A stretch of 43,678 bases of DNA, taken from the IMG/VR virus record IMGVR_UViG_3300017747_004718, positions 1 through 43,678 of that record; one strand, written 5' to 3'. The notes under the pieces are model-generated. The model saw only the letters and a list, made by a program, of their open reading frames with translations, ran no database searches and was not told the origin of the DNA. Made by a program: the position numbers and the translations under genes. This DNA is from a virus. Taxonomy: Duplodnaviria > Caudoviricetes. How positions within the stretch are numbered: position 1 is the first letter of the stretch; every line of letters starts with the position of its first letter. Positions 16,250 through 24,185 of the stretch are shown here, in pieces.

Positions 16250-18568
16250 CTGTTTGGCATTCGGGTCCACGCCCAGCCTGCCGATCTCCTTGTTCTTTTC
16301 CTGCTTCACGCTTTGCTCCAGGTTCTGCGTCCACACCTGCATGTGCTGTTGGAAGATCGGATCCTGCTTCAGCGCCTGCTGATACTTCGGATTCCCGCCC
16401 TGGCCCATCGCATCCCCGAAAATCACCTGCTGCGCGAATTGCAGCTTCATCGCCGCCGTCGGGTCGTTCTCCACCGTGTCCGGCGGATTGCCCCCATGCA
16501 TCAGCGCAATCTGATCGCGCACTTCCTTGAACACCTTCTGGCTGGCCGATGCCGTGTCCGTCGTCAGAATCTGCGCATACGTCGGGTCGATCGCCGTCAT
16601 GATCATGTTCGTCAGCTTGTCCATCGGAATCGTGCCCGCCCGATCCGCCGGCACCGCCCACTTCAGGATGGCCTCGATCTTCTTGAACACGAATTCCATG
16701 TCCAAATCCTTCACATCGAAGTAAAGCCCCACGTCGAAGCTGCCCGCGATCTCGTCCGGCGTGGCCGGCATGTCCACGTCCCCGCCCACGATGCGCGTCA
16801 GCTCGCGCTCGTCCGCGTTGCGTTGAATCAGCTTGAACACCATCCCCCACATCTCCGCGCACGTCCCGAGATACCGCTCCGTCATCCGCTGCAATTTCGC
16901 CTGCCACTTCGCCGGCAGCACGTTCTCCGTCATCAACCCGAAATAATTGTCCACCCGCTTGTGCGCCGCCTCCATCAGCTTGAACGCCAGATCCGGATTG
17001 CCCGTCGGCGGATTCGCATACTCAATCAGCGGACGGTTCCCATAGTAGGATTGGCTGCTGGTCTGACTGCCCGGCCCCGCCTTGTATTTCATGCCCAGCC
17101 GCGAATTCACGATCCGCTCCGGGTTCACTTCGATGGATTGCCGGTCCAGCAACAAATCGAGCGAAGTCTTGATCGCCGTCTGGTCGCTGCCCACCAGTTG
17201 AGGCACGCCCATGCCCTGCGTGAAAGCCCGCGTCTTCTTCTGCCAGCGATAGCCCACGAACGGAAACAAGTCCGGCAATTCCTCGTAGGGATAATGCTTG
17301 CCGTAACACGGTTCGTCGGGCTCGCCCGGTTCCGTGGTGCAATGCGGACTGAACACCGTGCACCAGATTTGCGGGAGCCCGTCCGTCGTCAGGTAACGCT
17401 TGTAGAAATGGATGACTTCGCAAAGATTCGTCTCCGTCTGCGTCGCCCCGTAGCTGCCGCCTTCAAATTCGTCCTCGTTGTCCGTGCTTGTGCCGTTGGT
17501 CTGCGCCTCAAAGCCCCAAGTGCTCGCCTGCCCCGCGCTCTTCACCACCTCGAGACACCACTCGTAATCCCAGCCGTCCGACACGTTGCGCGTCATCACC
17601 TCCTCCGGCGTCAGGAATTCGCGCACCGCATGCCACGGGCTGCTTTGCAGGTCCGTCATCTCCGGCGGACAAAAGTAATCGTAACCCACCCGCCGCGTCA
17701 CCACCACCGGCTGGTTCTTCACCAGATACGGCGCCGGAAACGTCGTGCGCCCCTTGCTCCGCAGCTCGCGAATGGCGTGCCGCGCCTTCGTCGGCGCCAG
17801 CTTGTAGTTCAATAGGAAATCATCGCCATACTCCGCGCGTTGCTTCGTGAACAACTGCGCCGCGAGTTCAGCCGCGAACTGTTGCAACAGCTCCACCGCC
17901 TCGGCCTCCAGCGCAGGATCCTCGATGACCATCGGGAAGAGCTTCATGCGCGTGAGCTTGTCCGCCATCTCCGGCTCCATCTCCTGCGGCGGCATGGATT
18001 CCAGTGCCTGCACCGCCGCCACGCTCGCCTGCACGATTTCCGCCAGCGACAACGGTTCCTGCTTCAGCGACAGACACCGCTCCCAATCCACCTGCATGAC
18101 GCTGCACGAATCGTTCAGGCCGAATTGCCACAGATACTCCGCTTCGTTGCGCAGGTCCGGCGTCATGCGCTCGCGATACTTGTCCAACACGATTTGCGCC
18201 TGGCCCGCGCGCGGGATGTCCCCGGCTTCGGTCGGCTTCAACTTCAACTGCGCCCGTTCAAACGCGCTGCTCAACACGTCGCCCACGTCCTCGATCACGG
18301 AATCCGCGAGATACACCCGTGCATCGCTGGCGTCCTCCCACGGCACCGGGTCTTTGCCGAGATTCCGGCGATGCTTCCGGTAATCCGCCGTGCGCCCCTT
18401 CCAGCGATTGTAACGCAACCGATCGTTGCGCTCGCGATGAAAGCCCGCCACGGAAAGACCGCCCGCGCGCTCGAACTCCTTTTGCAGCTCGCCCACGTTG
18501 GGCTCCTCCGAGACGAACAACAGCGGATGCTGCTCCTTGATGTCATCGATGTCTTGTGATGCGGGCAT
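16247..18568 (-). CDS. Portal protein (podovirus, P22-like)
   Basis: 773 aa; PWEDASD motif, FDVGLYFDVKDLD, Gln-rich helical C-terminus; between terminase and scaffold. Confidence 0.85.
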   Translation of the reverse strand: MPASQDIDDIKEQHPLLFVSEEPNVGELQKEFERAGGLSVAGFHRERNDRLRYNRWKGRTADYRKHRRNLGKDPVPWEDASDARVYLADSVIEDVGDVLSSAFERAQLKLKPTEAGDIPRAGQAQIVLDKYRERMTPDLRNEAEYLWQFGLNDSCSVMQVDWERCLSLKQEPLSLAEIVQASVAAVQALESMPPQEMEPEMADKLTRMKLFPMVIEDPALEAEAVELLQQFAAELAAQLFTKQRAEYGDDFLLNYKLAPTKARHAIRELRSKGRTTFPAPYLVKNQPVVVTRRVGYDYFCPPEMTDLQSSPWHAVREFLTPEEVMTRNVSDGWDYEWCLEVVKSAGQASTWGFEAQTNGTSTDNEDEFEGGSYGATQTETNLCEVIHFYKRYLTTDGLPQIWCTVFSPHCTTEPGEPDEPCYGKHYPYEELPDLFPFVGYRWQKKTRAFTQGMGVPQLVGSDQTAIKTSLDLLLDRQSIEVNPERIVNSRLGMKYKAGPGSQTSSQSYYGNRPLIEYANPPTGNPDLAFKLMEAAHKRVDNYFGLMTENVLPAKWQAKLQRMTERYLGTCAEMWGMVFKLIQRNADERELTRIVGGDVDMPATPDEIAGSFDVGLYFDVKDLDMEFVFKKIEAILKWAVPADRAGTIPMDKLTNMIMTAIDPTYAQILTTDTASASQKVFKEVRDQIALMHGGNPPDTVENDPTAAMKLQFAQQVIFGDAMGQGGNPKYQQALKQDPIFQQHMQVWTQNLEQSVKQEKNKEIGRLGVDPNAKQ

Positions 18569-18628
18569 AATGCTGCGTATTGACTGTGCCCGGTCGCCCC
18601 CGAACCAAGCACACCACCGCCCAATCGG

Positions 18629-18892
18629 TCAAGGGTGTGGAACGCGCTTCGGCTTCTTCATTTTGTCCAACCCAATAAGTGCAGCACCCAATTTCCTTCG
18701 CTCGCCATCCGTCAGCCCGTAATGCTTTCCCTTCCACATAATCAAACGGATGATTTCCTTGTAAGCCTTTCTCAGTTCCGCCCGCTGAGCCTTCGCCGCT
18801 TCTTCCTGTTCCAACCACGGCTCCAAACGATTGATCACGTCGCGTAAATCTTCCCTCTTTACCGGTATCGGCCACACTTCTGGTTCGTCCAT
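18629..18892 (-). CDS. Hypothetical protein
   Basis: 87 aa, lower GC, preceded by a family-B repeat. Confidence 0.6.
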   Translation of the reverse strand: MDEPEVWPIPVKREDLRDVINRLEPWLEQEEAAKAQRAELRKAYKEIIRLIMWKGKHYGLTDGERRKLGAALIGLDKMKKPKRVPHP

Positions 18893-18903
18893 CTTTGTTC
18901 CCT

Positions 18904-18927
18904 TTCTGAGTTTATGAGTTCCGGCTA
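18904..18927 (-). repeat. Family-B repeat
   Basis: ttctgagtttatgagttccggcta; its TAG is the stop of the upstream ORF. Confidence 0.8.
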
Positions 18928-19209
18928 TTCCCCTGTCTCCCCTTCATGCCACACCTTCACCCGGAGCTGTAGCCGTTTGTCCAGCCCCTCGTATTGATGC
19001 AGGTTCAGCGGATCCGTCAGCGCCACCAGCGCATCCGACATCACCGCCAGCGCCGTCTCCTCATGCTCCGTCAGCAGCCGCGTGCCCTCCAGCCGGTCCA
19101 GCACATCCAGCGCCGCCAGCATCTCCTCCATCGTCGGCACCGGCCCCTTCTCAATTTCTTCACTCATCTTCATTCCTTCGTCTTTAAATCCGTGTTCATC
19201 CGTGTCCAT
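18925..19209 (-). CDS. Hypothetical protein
   Basis: 94 aa; N-terminal MDTDEHG is family-A repeat, so the true start may be one of the downstream Mets. Confidence 0.6.
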   Translation of the reverse strand: MDTDEHGFKDEGMKMSEEIEKGPVPTMEEMLAALDVLDRLEGTRLLTEHEETALAVMSDALVALTDPLNLHQYEGLDKRLQLRVKVWHEGETGE

Positions 19210-19219
19210 CCGTGGTTGA
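19188..19219 (-). repeat. Family-A repeat
   Basis: atccgtgttcatccgtgtccatccgtggttga. Confidence 0.85.
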
Positions 19220-19447
19220 TCAATTCCTAAACTCCCTCGCCAGCATCCGGCTCACCGTCACCTTGACGAACCGCAATTGCTTGCCCATGCGCACCGCCGC
19301 CACCTTGCCGTAAGGCACCGCATCGATGTCATCGGCGCTGGCCACTACCACCGTCACCTCCGGCAGCAGATCGCGTTTGATGCCCACCGCCACCACCTCG
19401 CACCGCCGAATCAGCTCCGGCAAGTTCTTCCATTCCCTGGATGTCAT
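19220..19447 (-). CDS. Small protein, possible winged-helix/excisionase-like
   Basis: MTSREWKNLPELIRRCEV...AVRMGKQLRF; ATGA-coupled to the upstream ORF. Confidence 0.5.
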   Translation of the reverse strand: MTSREWKNLPELIRRCEVVAVGIKRDLLPEVTVVVASADDIDAVPYGKVAAVRMGKQLRFVKVTVSRMLAREFRN

Positions 19448-19665
19448 CGTGTTTCGCGTCCTGTCCGTTGTTTCTCCGCACTCAAAGCCGCACGCGTGCG
19501 TAAATGCCGCACGTCGTCCTCCGTTGCCGACGCGATGCGCGCAGCGCCGCCCGGCCGTAGGAGCCCCCTGATCGTGCAACTCCTCACCACCCACACCAGC
19601 AGGCCGGGCAGGTAGCTCGATGGCGCATTGGCAATCGCCTCCTTGATTTCATTGTAAGTTTTCAT
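19444..19665 (-). CDS. Hypothetical protein
   Basis: 73 aa, preceded by a family-B repeat. Confidence 0.55.
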   Translation of the reverse strand: MKTYNEIKEAIANAPSSYLPGLLVWVVRSCTIRGLLRPGGAARIASATEDDVRHLRTRAALSAEKQRTGRETR

Positions 19666-19680
19666 CGTGTCCTTTTCTGT

Positions 19681-19704
19681 TTCTGAGTTTCTGAGTTTCG
19701 GCTA
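19681..19704 (-). repeat. Family-B repeat
   Basis: ttctgagtttctgagtttcggcta; its TAG is the terminase stop. Confidence 0.85.
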
Positions 19705-21636
19705 TTCCTCATCTTCCTCCACCCCCGGCCGCACACTGCTGAACCCGCTCCCATCCACATGCCGCAGCTCGCTCCCCACCGCATACCGCAGGCAATCGAT
19801 GAAATCCTTGCACGCGCCTTCCCCCTTGCTCTTGCCCGTGTAATTCTCCAGCGCCCAAATCAACTGCCCGCAATTCTCCGTCACATACAGCCGCGGCAAC
19901 TGCGTGAACCGCCCCTCTGCATCCCGCCGATACTCCAGCAAATCCTTGATCAAATTCAGATCAATCCGGTCCCCGATCGCCATGCGAAAGTAAACCCCTT
20001 CCAGCACCTCGCCCGTCGCCCCGTCCGTGTGTTCCTCCGCGAACTTCATCACCGGACACGTCTGCCCCGCCGCATCCATCATCGGCGCCGGACCCGCCCG
20101 CGAATCGATGATGCGCTCGAAGATGTCCATCTTCCGCACGCCCGCCAGTTGCAGCTTGCGCCGTTTCGGATCGCGCTCCACACCCCCCTGCGCCTCCGGC
20201 TGCACGGACTCGATGAGATGCCACACCCGTTTGTAATCGCTGAAGCCCATGTTTAGGTTGTCCTGCGCCGGCCCCTTGTCACCATCCCAACCCTTGCGCG
20301 TGTCCTCCGTCGTCTCGCGCTCCGTCGGCGTCGCCCATTCGCCAAAGCTCGCCAGGTCCGGCCAGTCCCGCCACACGTAGTAAGTCGGCTTGTCCTCCGC
20401 CAGCCCGCGCGTCACCCGCACGTAGATGAAGCAGTAAGGCTTATTCTCCGCCGGATCCACCACCAGATAATCCGTGCCGCCCTCCGGCAGCTTGTCCGCG
20501 GTGATGATGTTGCACGGTCCGAAATTCCCGAACTGCCGGTTCACATTGTCCCGACTGTAACCGTAGGCGATGCGCTCGATGTATTCCGTGGTGCGCCCCT
20601 CGCAATCCCGCCGCACAATCTCGTAATAATTATTCACGCACTGGCGATCGATGTGGAAGTAAACCGCCTTGGCCCGTGGCCACGAGCAGGTGCCCGTCAC
20701 CGGCATGTGCCCGCGCGGACATCCCGCCACTTCATTGGCCGGCAGCAACTCCGCCGGAGCCGTCTTCTCCACGCGCAACGTGCCCACCACTTCCTTGATC
20801 GCCGGCGTCATGCCGTGAATCGGCGTGTAAGCCCAGATGAGTTTGCCCGCTCGATACCGCACGCGCCGCGCGATCATGCGAAACCACGCCAGCGCCAGCC
20901 CTTCATCCGCCAGCACTGCCACGTTTTGAATCAACGAACCATCCGGCCGCTTGGCCAGCTTCAGCAATTGATTGCCCTTCTCCGTCTTGCCGATCACCGG
21001 CAGGCGCCCGCCGAATTCCTGCCCCTCATACTTGCCCGGATCGCCCTTGTAGGTGTCGAACTGGATTTTCGAGAAACCCTCGAACCCTTTCAACGTCCCG
21101 CTCTTCTCGTGGAACACCGGCCCCGCGGGAATCACCACCAGCCCCTCCGTGAACCCGTTCGCCTCGCTGTGCGTCACCTTGTAGGTCGGATGCCGCTTCC
21201 CATTCAGCGAACCGATGTAAGGCCGCAGAAAGCTCCACACCGCCGGCTGCTGCACGTTTTTGGAAGAATCCTCCGTTTCGCCGAGCACCAGGTAAGTGCC
21301 CTTGTCGCCCGTGGGATACTGCCGCGCCGCCTCGCACAACAGCTTGAGCCCGCGATGCGTCTTGCCCCCGCCACGGTTCCAACCGAAGTTCACTTGGATG
21401 TCCACATCCGGGTCCGCTAGTTGTTCGTCGGCAATCTTCCAGCAATCCAGCGGCACGCCGAGATACAACGGATCGTCTTGCGCCGCCTGCACGCGCTGCA
21501 CGTAAGCCGTGAACGCCTCGCGATACGACGCCAGCCCGTTATGACTCGCCAGCAGATCGCGAATCTTGTCCTCCGACAACCACGGCAACAGCGGATGCAC
21601 CTCCGGCCGCGGCAACTGTTTCAGGAAATCAGACAT
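19702..21636 (-). CDS. terL: Terminase large subunit
   Basis: Walker A GWNRGGGKT, Walker B VLADE, coupling motif YTP, RNase-H-like VVDPA, IIDSR and KDFIDCLRY. Confidence 0.88.
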   Translation of the reverse strand: MSDFLKQLPRPEVHPLLPWLSEDKIRDLLASHNGLASYREAFTAYVQRVQAAQDDPLYLGVPLDCWKIADEQLADPDVDIQVNFGWNRGGGKTHRGLKLLCEAARQYPTGDKGTYLVLGETEDSSKNVQQPAVWSFLRPYIGSLNGKRHPTYKVTHSEANGFTEGLVVIPAGPVFHEKSGTLKGFEGFSKIQFDTYKGDPGKYEGQEFGGRLPVIGKTEKGNQLLKLAKRPDGSLIQNVAVLADEGLALAWFRMIARRVRYRAGKLIWAYTPIHGMTPAIKEVVGTLRVEKTAPAELLPANEVAGCPRGHMPVTGTCSWPRAKAVYFHIDRQCVNNYYEIVRRDCEGRTTEYIERIAYGYSRDNVNRQFGNFGPCNIITADKLPEGGTDYLVVDPAENKPYCFIYVRVTRGLAEDKPTYYVWRDWPDLASFGEWATPTERETTEDTRKGWDGDKGPAQDNLNMGFSDYKRVWHLIESVQPEAQGGVERDPKRRKLQLAGVRKMDIFERIIDSRAGPAPMMDAAGQTCPVMKFAEEHTDGATGEVLEGVYFRMAIGDRIDLNLIKDLLEYRRDAEGRFTQLPRLYVTENCGQLIWALENYTGKSKGEGACKDFIDCLRYAVGSELRHVDGSGFSSVRPGVEEDEE

Positions 21637-21904
21637 GATAACTGCCCAAGCTCGGATTCATTATCGCCGCAATCTCCCGCTGCCGGGCCAACTCGCCCGG
21701 CGTCACCTCCTGCAATCCGCCTTGCGCCAGTTGAGGCAGCTTCAGTTGCGCGGGTTGATTGCCCGAATCCATCGCATCCAGCTTCGCCAAGAGTTCCTTG
21801 GCCCGCTTCCCCGCCGCACTGGACACCCCCACGTAACCGATTTCCCGAAACAGCACCGCCCGCAAATCCATCCGGTCCCGATGCGTTAAAATTCCTTCGT
21901 TCAT
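21629..21904 (-). CDS. Hypothetical protein
   Basis: 91 aa overlapping the terL start; preceded by a family-B repeat. Confidence 0.55.
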   Translation of the reverse strand: MNEGILTHRDRMDLRAVLFREIGYVGVSSAAGKRAKELLAKLDAMDSGNQPAQLKLPQLAQGGLQEVTPGELARQREIAAIMNPSLGSYHV

Positions 21905-21908
21905 TTTC

Positions 21909-21935
21909 TTCCTGAGTTTCTGAGTTTCGGCTAAA
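21909..21935 (-). repeat. Family-B repeat, identical (27/27) to 23262-23288
   Basis: ttcctgagtttctgagtttcggctaaa. Confidence 0.9.
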
Positions 21936-21946
21936 GTCCATCCCGT

Positions 21947-22894
21947 TCACCCCACCATTTCCAGCGGACTGCGCACACTCATCGCCTCCGCGTGCAGGTA
22001 ACCCATCGTCGTGTCCAAAGACTTGTGCCCCATCGCCTGCTGAATCGCGCGCGGATTCTGCCCCTGATTCAAGCAATGCGTGGCGTAGGCATGGCGCAGT
22101 TCGTGGGGTTTGATGTTCCCACCGCTGGCCTGACGAATCGCCAATTGCACGTTGGCTTCATGCAACCGATACCGGACCATCTCGCCCGTGCGCGGATGTT
22201 CACACGGCGACTTTTGCGGAAACACCCAAGCCCATTTCCACGCGAACCGGCTTTGTGGATACTTCTTGGCCAGCAATCCCGGCAACTGCACCGGCAACCC
22301 GTTAGCCACGTCACGCTTCCATGTCACCCGAGCGGCCTCCAGCGCATCCCGCAAACCCGCGTGCAACGAGCAGGGAATCGGCACCACGCGATCCTTGGCG
22401 CCCTTGGCCGCATGAATTACCAGCCGCTGATTCTGCAACTCCACGTCCTTCACTCGCAGGTTGCACGGCTCCGTGACGCGCAGGCCGCAACCGTAAATGA
22501 GATGCGTGATCAACCGGGTCGGATACCCATGCACGTCCTTCACATTGGCCAGCAAGGTGCGCACCTCTTCGCGATCGGGCGCATGACGCAGCGTGATCGG
22601 CTTGTTCGCTCGCAACGCATCGATCCGAGCCAGCGGTTGCCCGACGATCTCGCGATAGAACATCACCAACGCATTGAACCCCTGATTTTGCGTCGAAGCC
22701 GAAATATCTTGCCGAGCCAAGTCCGAAAGAAACGCTTCCACCTTTTGCTCCGCCGTCATGCCTTCCACTCCCGCCGCGGTGAGAAATCGCATGTAACGAG
22801 CCAGCCACGCCAGATAGCTCTGCTCCGTGGACAGCGCCAAATGTTTCAAGCGCATGTAGCTTCGGAACTTACTACTCGCCTCAGTTGGTTTCAT
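21947..22894 (-). CDS. intI: Integron integrase (IntI-type tyrosine recombinase)
   Basis: N-terminal STEQSY..W..RY, VEAFLSDLA, SASTQNQ..NAL.FYR; catalytic GLR, KGAKDR, HELRH, GH, TMGYLH; integron-specific insert VQLPGLLAKKYPQSRFAWKWAWVFP...HPRTGEMVRY; C-terminal VRSPLE. Confidence 0.9.
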   Translation of the reverse strand: MKPTEASSKFRSYMRLKHLALSTEQSYLAWLARYMRFLTAAGVEGMTAEQKVEAFLSDLARQDISASTQNQGFNALVMFYREIVGQPLARIDALRANKPITLRHAPDREEVRTLLANVKDVHGYPTRLITHLIYGCGLRVTEPCNLRVKDVELQNQRLVIHAAKGAKDRVVPIPCSLHAGLRDALEAARVTWKRDVANGLPVQLPGLLAKKYPQSRFAWKWAWVFPQKSPCEHPRTGEMVRYRLHEANVQLAIRQASGGNIKPHELRHAYATHCLNQGQNPRAIQQAMGHKSLDTTMGYLHAEAMSVRSPLEMVG

Positions 22895-22910
22895 ATAGCA
22901 ATGGCTGGTT

Positions 22911-22929
22911 GTCTAATCACTTGTTCGGC
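22911..22929 (+). other. attI-like recombination site (GTCTAAT-CACTT-GTTCGGC)
   Basis: 7-bp L box, 5-bp spacer and GTT core, same geometry as attI1 (CCCTAAA-ACAAA-GTTRRRY); 16 bp from the intI start codon. Confidence 0.7.
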
Positions 22930-23246
22930 CAATCGGAAGTCGGTAGTCTTAAATGATCTCCAGGCACTCCGACCATTGTTGGTCCCATTTGGTTCTGAGG
23001 TCTTATAGTGTAGGTTCCAGGCACGTAATTAGATCGCTGCGCAAACACGCGTTCGCCGCATTTCCAGCCAATTATTCCGTGCATGTCTTTTGCTACCTCG
23101 CACGCAATCTCATCGTCTTGAATTGTCCAAACCTTGGCCGAACCCTGCGGTGCAGCCAATTCGCTCTCCGCATAGTGCCGTTCATCATCGTCGCAGTCTC
23201 GGCAGACCGTCTCCATTTCTACCCCGTGTTTACATTTGTCGCTCAT
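22917..23246 (-). CDS. Integron cassette ORF, inverted orientation, unknown function
   Basis: 109 aa, lower GC; ATG inside attC, TGA inside attI; cassette body bounded by the perfect 10-bp inverted repeat GTTCGGCCAA (22923) / TTGGCCGAAC (23134). Confidence 0.75.
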   Translation of the reverse strand: MSDKCKHGVEMETVCRDCDDDERHYAESELAAPQGSAKVWTIQDDEIACEVAKDMHGIIGWKCGERVFAQRSNYVPGTYTIRPQNQMGPTMVGVPGDHLRLPTSDWPNK

Positions 23247-23267
23247 GGCTGACCTTTCTCGTTCCTG
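23137..23267 (+). other. attC site (about 131 bp)
   Basis: R'' GCCGAAC, 5-bp spacer, L'' GGT[G]CAGC with an extrahelical base, stem extension CA[A]T/ATG, L' GCTGACC (23248-23254), 6-bp spacer, R' GTT (23261). Confidence 0.8.
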
Positions 23268-23293
23268 AGTTTCTGAGTTTCGGCTAAAATCAT
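23243..23293 (-). CDS. 16-aa linker ORF MILAETQKLRNEKGQP (putative translational relay)
   Basis: ATG overlaps the stop of 23290-23559 and TGA overlaps the cassette ATG; both are ATGA junctions. Confidence 0.45.
   Translation of the reverse strand: MILAETQKLRNEKGQP
23262..23288 (-). repeat. Family-B repeat abutting attC R'
   Basis: Begins at the TT of the G|TT crossover; identical to 21909-21935. Confidence 0.9.
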
Positions 23294-23559
23294 TCCCGTT
23301 CCCCCTTCCACCGCTGTTTCACCATCTTACCACCCACCGCACCCGTCTCGCGACTGCGCAGCCATCGCTTGTCATTGAGCCCGCTCAAATCCTCCGTCAG
23401 CGCCGGACGCACCCGCGCTCCCACCGGCTTCATCAAATCATTGTTGCGCGGCGCCTTCTGATCCTCCGTAACCTCATCCGGAAAGCCATCGGCCAGATAC
23501 CGCCGCCGGAGTTTCATCTCCGTGGCCAGCTCCAGATAAAGTTCCACTGTCATGCTCAC
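23290..23559 (-). CDS. Hypothetical protein
   Basis: 89 aa ORF in the coupled gene string. Confidence 0.55.
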   Translation of the reverse strand: MSMTVELYLELATEMKLRRRYLADGFPDEVTEDQKAPRNNDLMKPVGARVRPALTEDLSGLNDKRWLRSRETGAVGGKMVKQRWKGERE

Positions 23560-23744
23560 GCCTTCGCCTCGCGTTCCTCATTCACCACCGCCAGCCGCAC
23601 CTCGCTCACATGCAGGTTCAGCCGTTGCCCAGACTCCCCGCCATCCGCATGAATGAAATCCGGGATCACCTCCGACACCGCCACATTGCGCAGCTCCCAT
23701 TTCACCCCCTGCTTGTCCTGGTAAAACATGACGAGCCGTTTCAC
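23556..23744 (-). CDS. Hypothetical protein
   Basis: GTG at 23744 overlaps the upstream stop (VKRLVMFYQDKQGVKWEL...). Confidence 0.55.
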   Translation of the reverse strand: MKRLVMFYQDKQGVKWELRNVAVSEVIPDFIHADGGESGQRLNLHVSEVRLAVVNEEREAKA

Positions 23745-24124
23745 GCCGCCACCCCTTCCTTCGCCACCGCTGGCTTCACCGGGCCGCCCTCGAGTTGCGA
23801 CACCATTGCCAGCCATTCCACCGCTTCCTTCGGCCCCTTCACATTCGCCTGCCACGCCAGCAGCTCCACCGCGATCGTCGCGTCAATCCGCTGATGCAAC
23901 GCCTCCGCCGCCGCCATGTCCGGCGTGTATTCGTGCGCCGTCCAATACTCCACCGCCCGACGCAACACCCACTGCATCACCCGCGGATTCCCCGGAATCT
24001 GCCGCACCATGTAATCGATGACTCGCGCCCGCGTCTCATCGCCCACCTTCAGCAACGTGGGCCGCAGCGGCAACTCCTCCTCCGGCACGCACCCCCACCG
24101 TGTTTCCAAAGATTTTTTGCTCAT
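23741..24124 (-). CDS. Hypothetical protein
   Basis: 127 aa, phage-like codon usage. Confidence 0.65.
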   Translation of the reverse strand: MSKKSLETRWGCVPEEELPLRPTLLKVGDETRARVIDYMVRQIPGNPRVMQWVLRRAVEYWTAHEYTPDMAAAEALHQRIDATIAVELLAWQANVKGPKEAVEWLAMVSQLEGGPVKPAVAKEGVAA

Positions 24125-24151
24125 ATTTAGTTCAGCCCTTCACCGCTTTAC

Positions 24152-24185
24152 CTATCAACTCTCAACTCCCACACTCTCAACTCTC
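24152..24185. repeat. Family-C repeat
   Basis: ctatcaactctcaactcccacactctcaactctc; supplies the end and stop codon of the ASCH-like gene. Confidence 0.7.
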
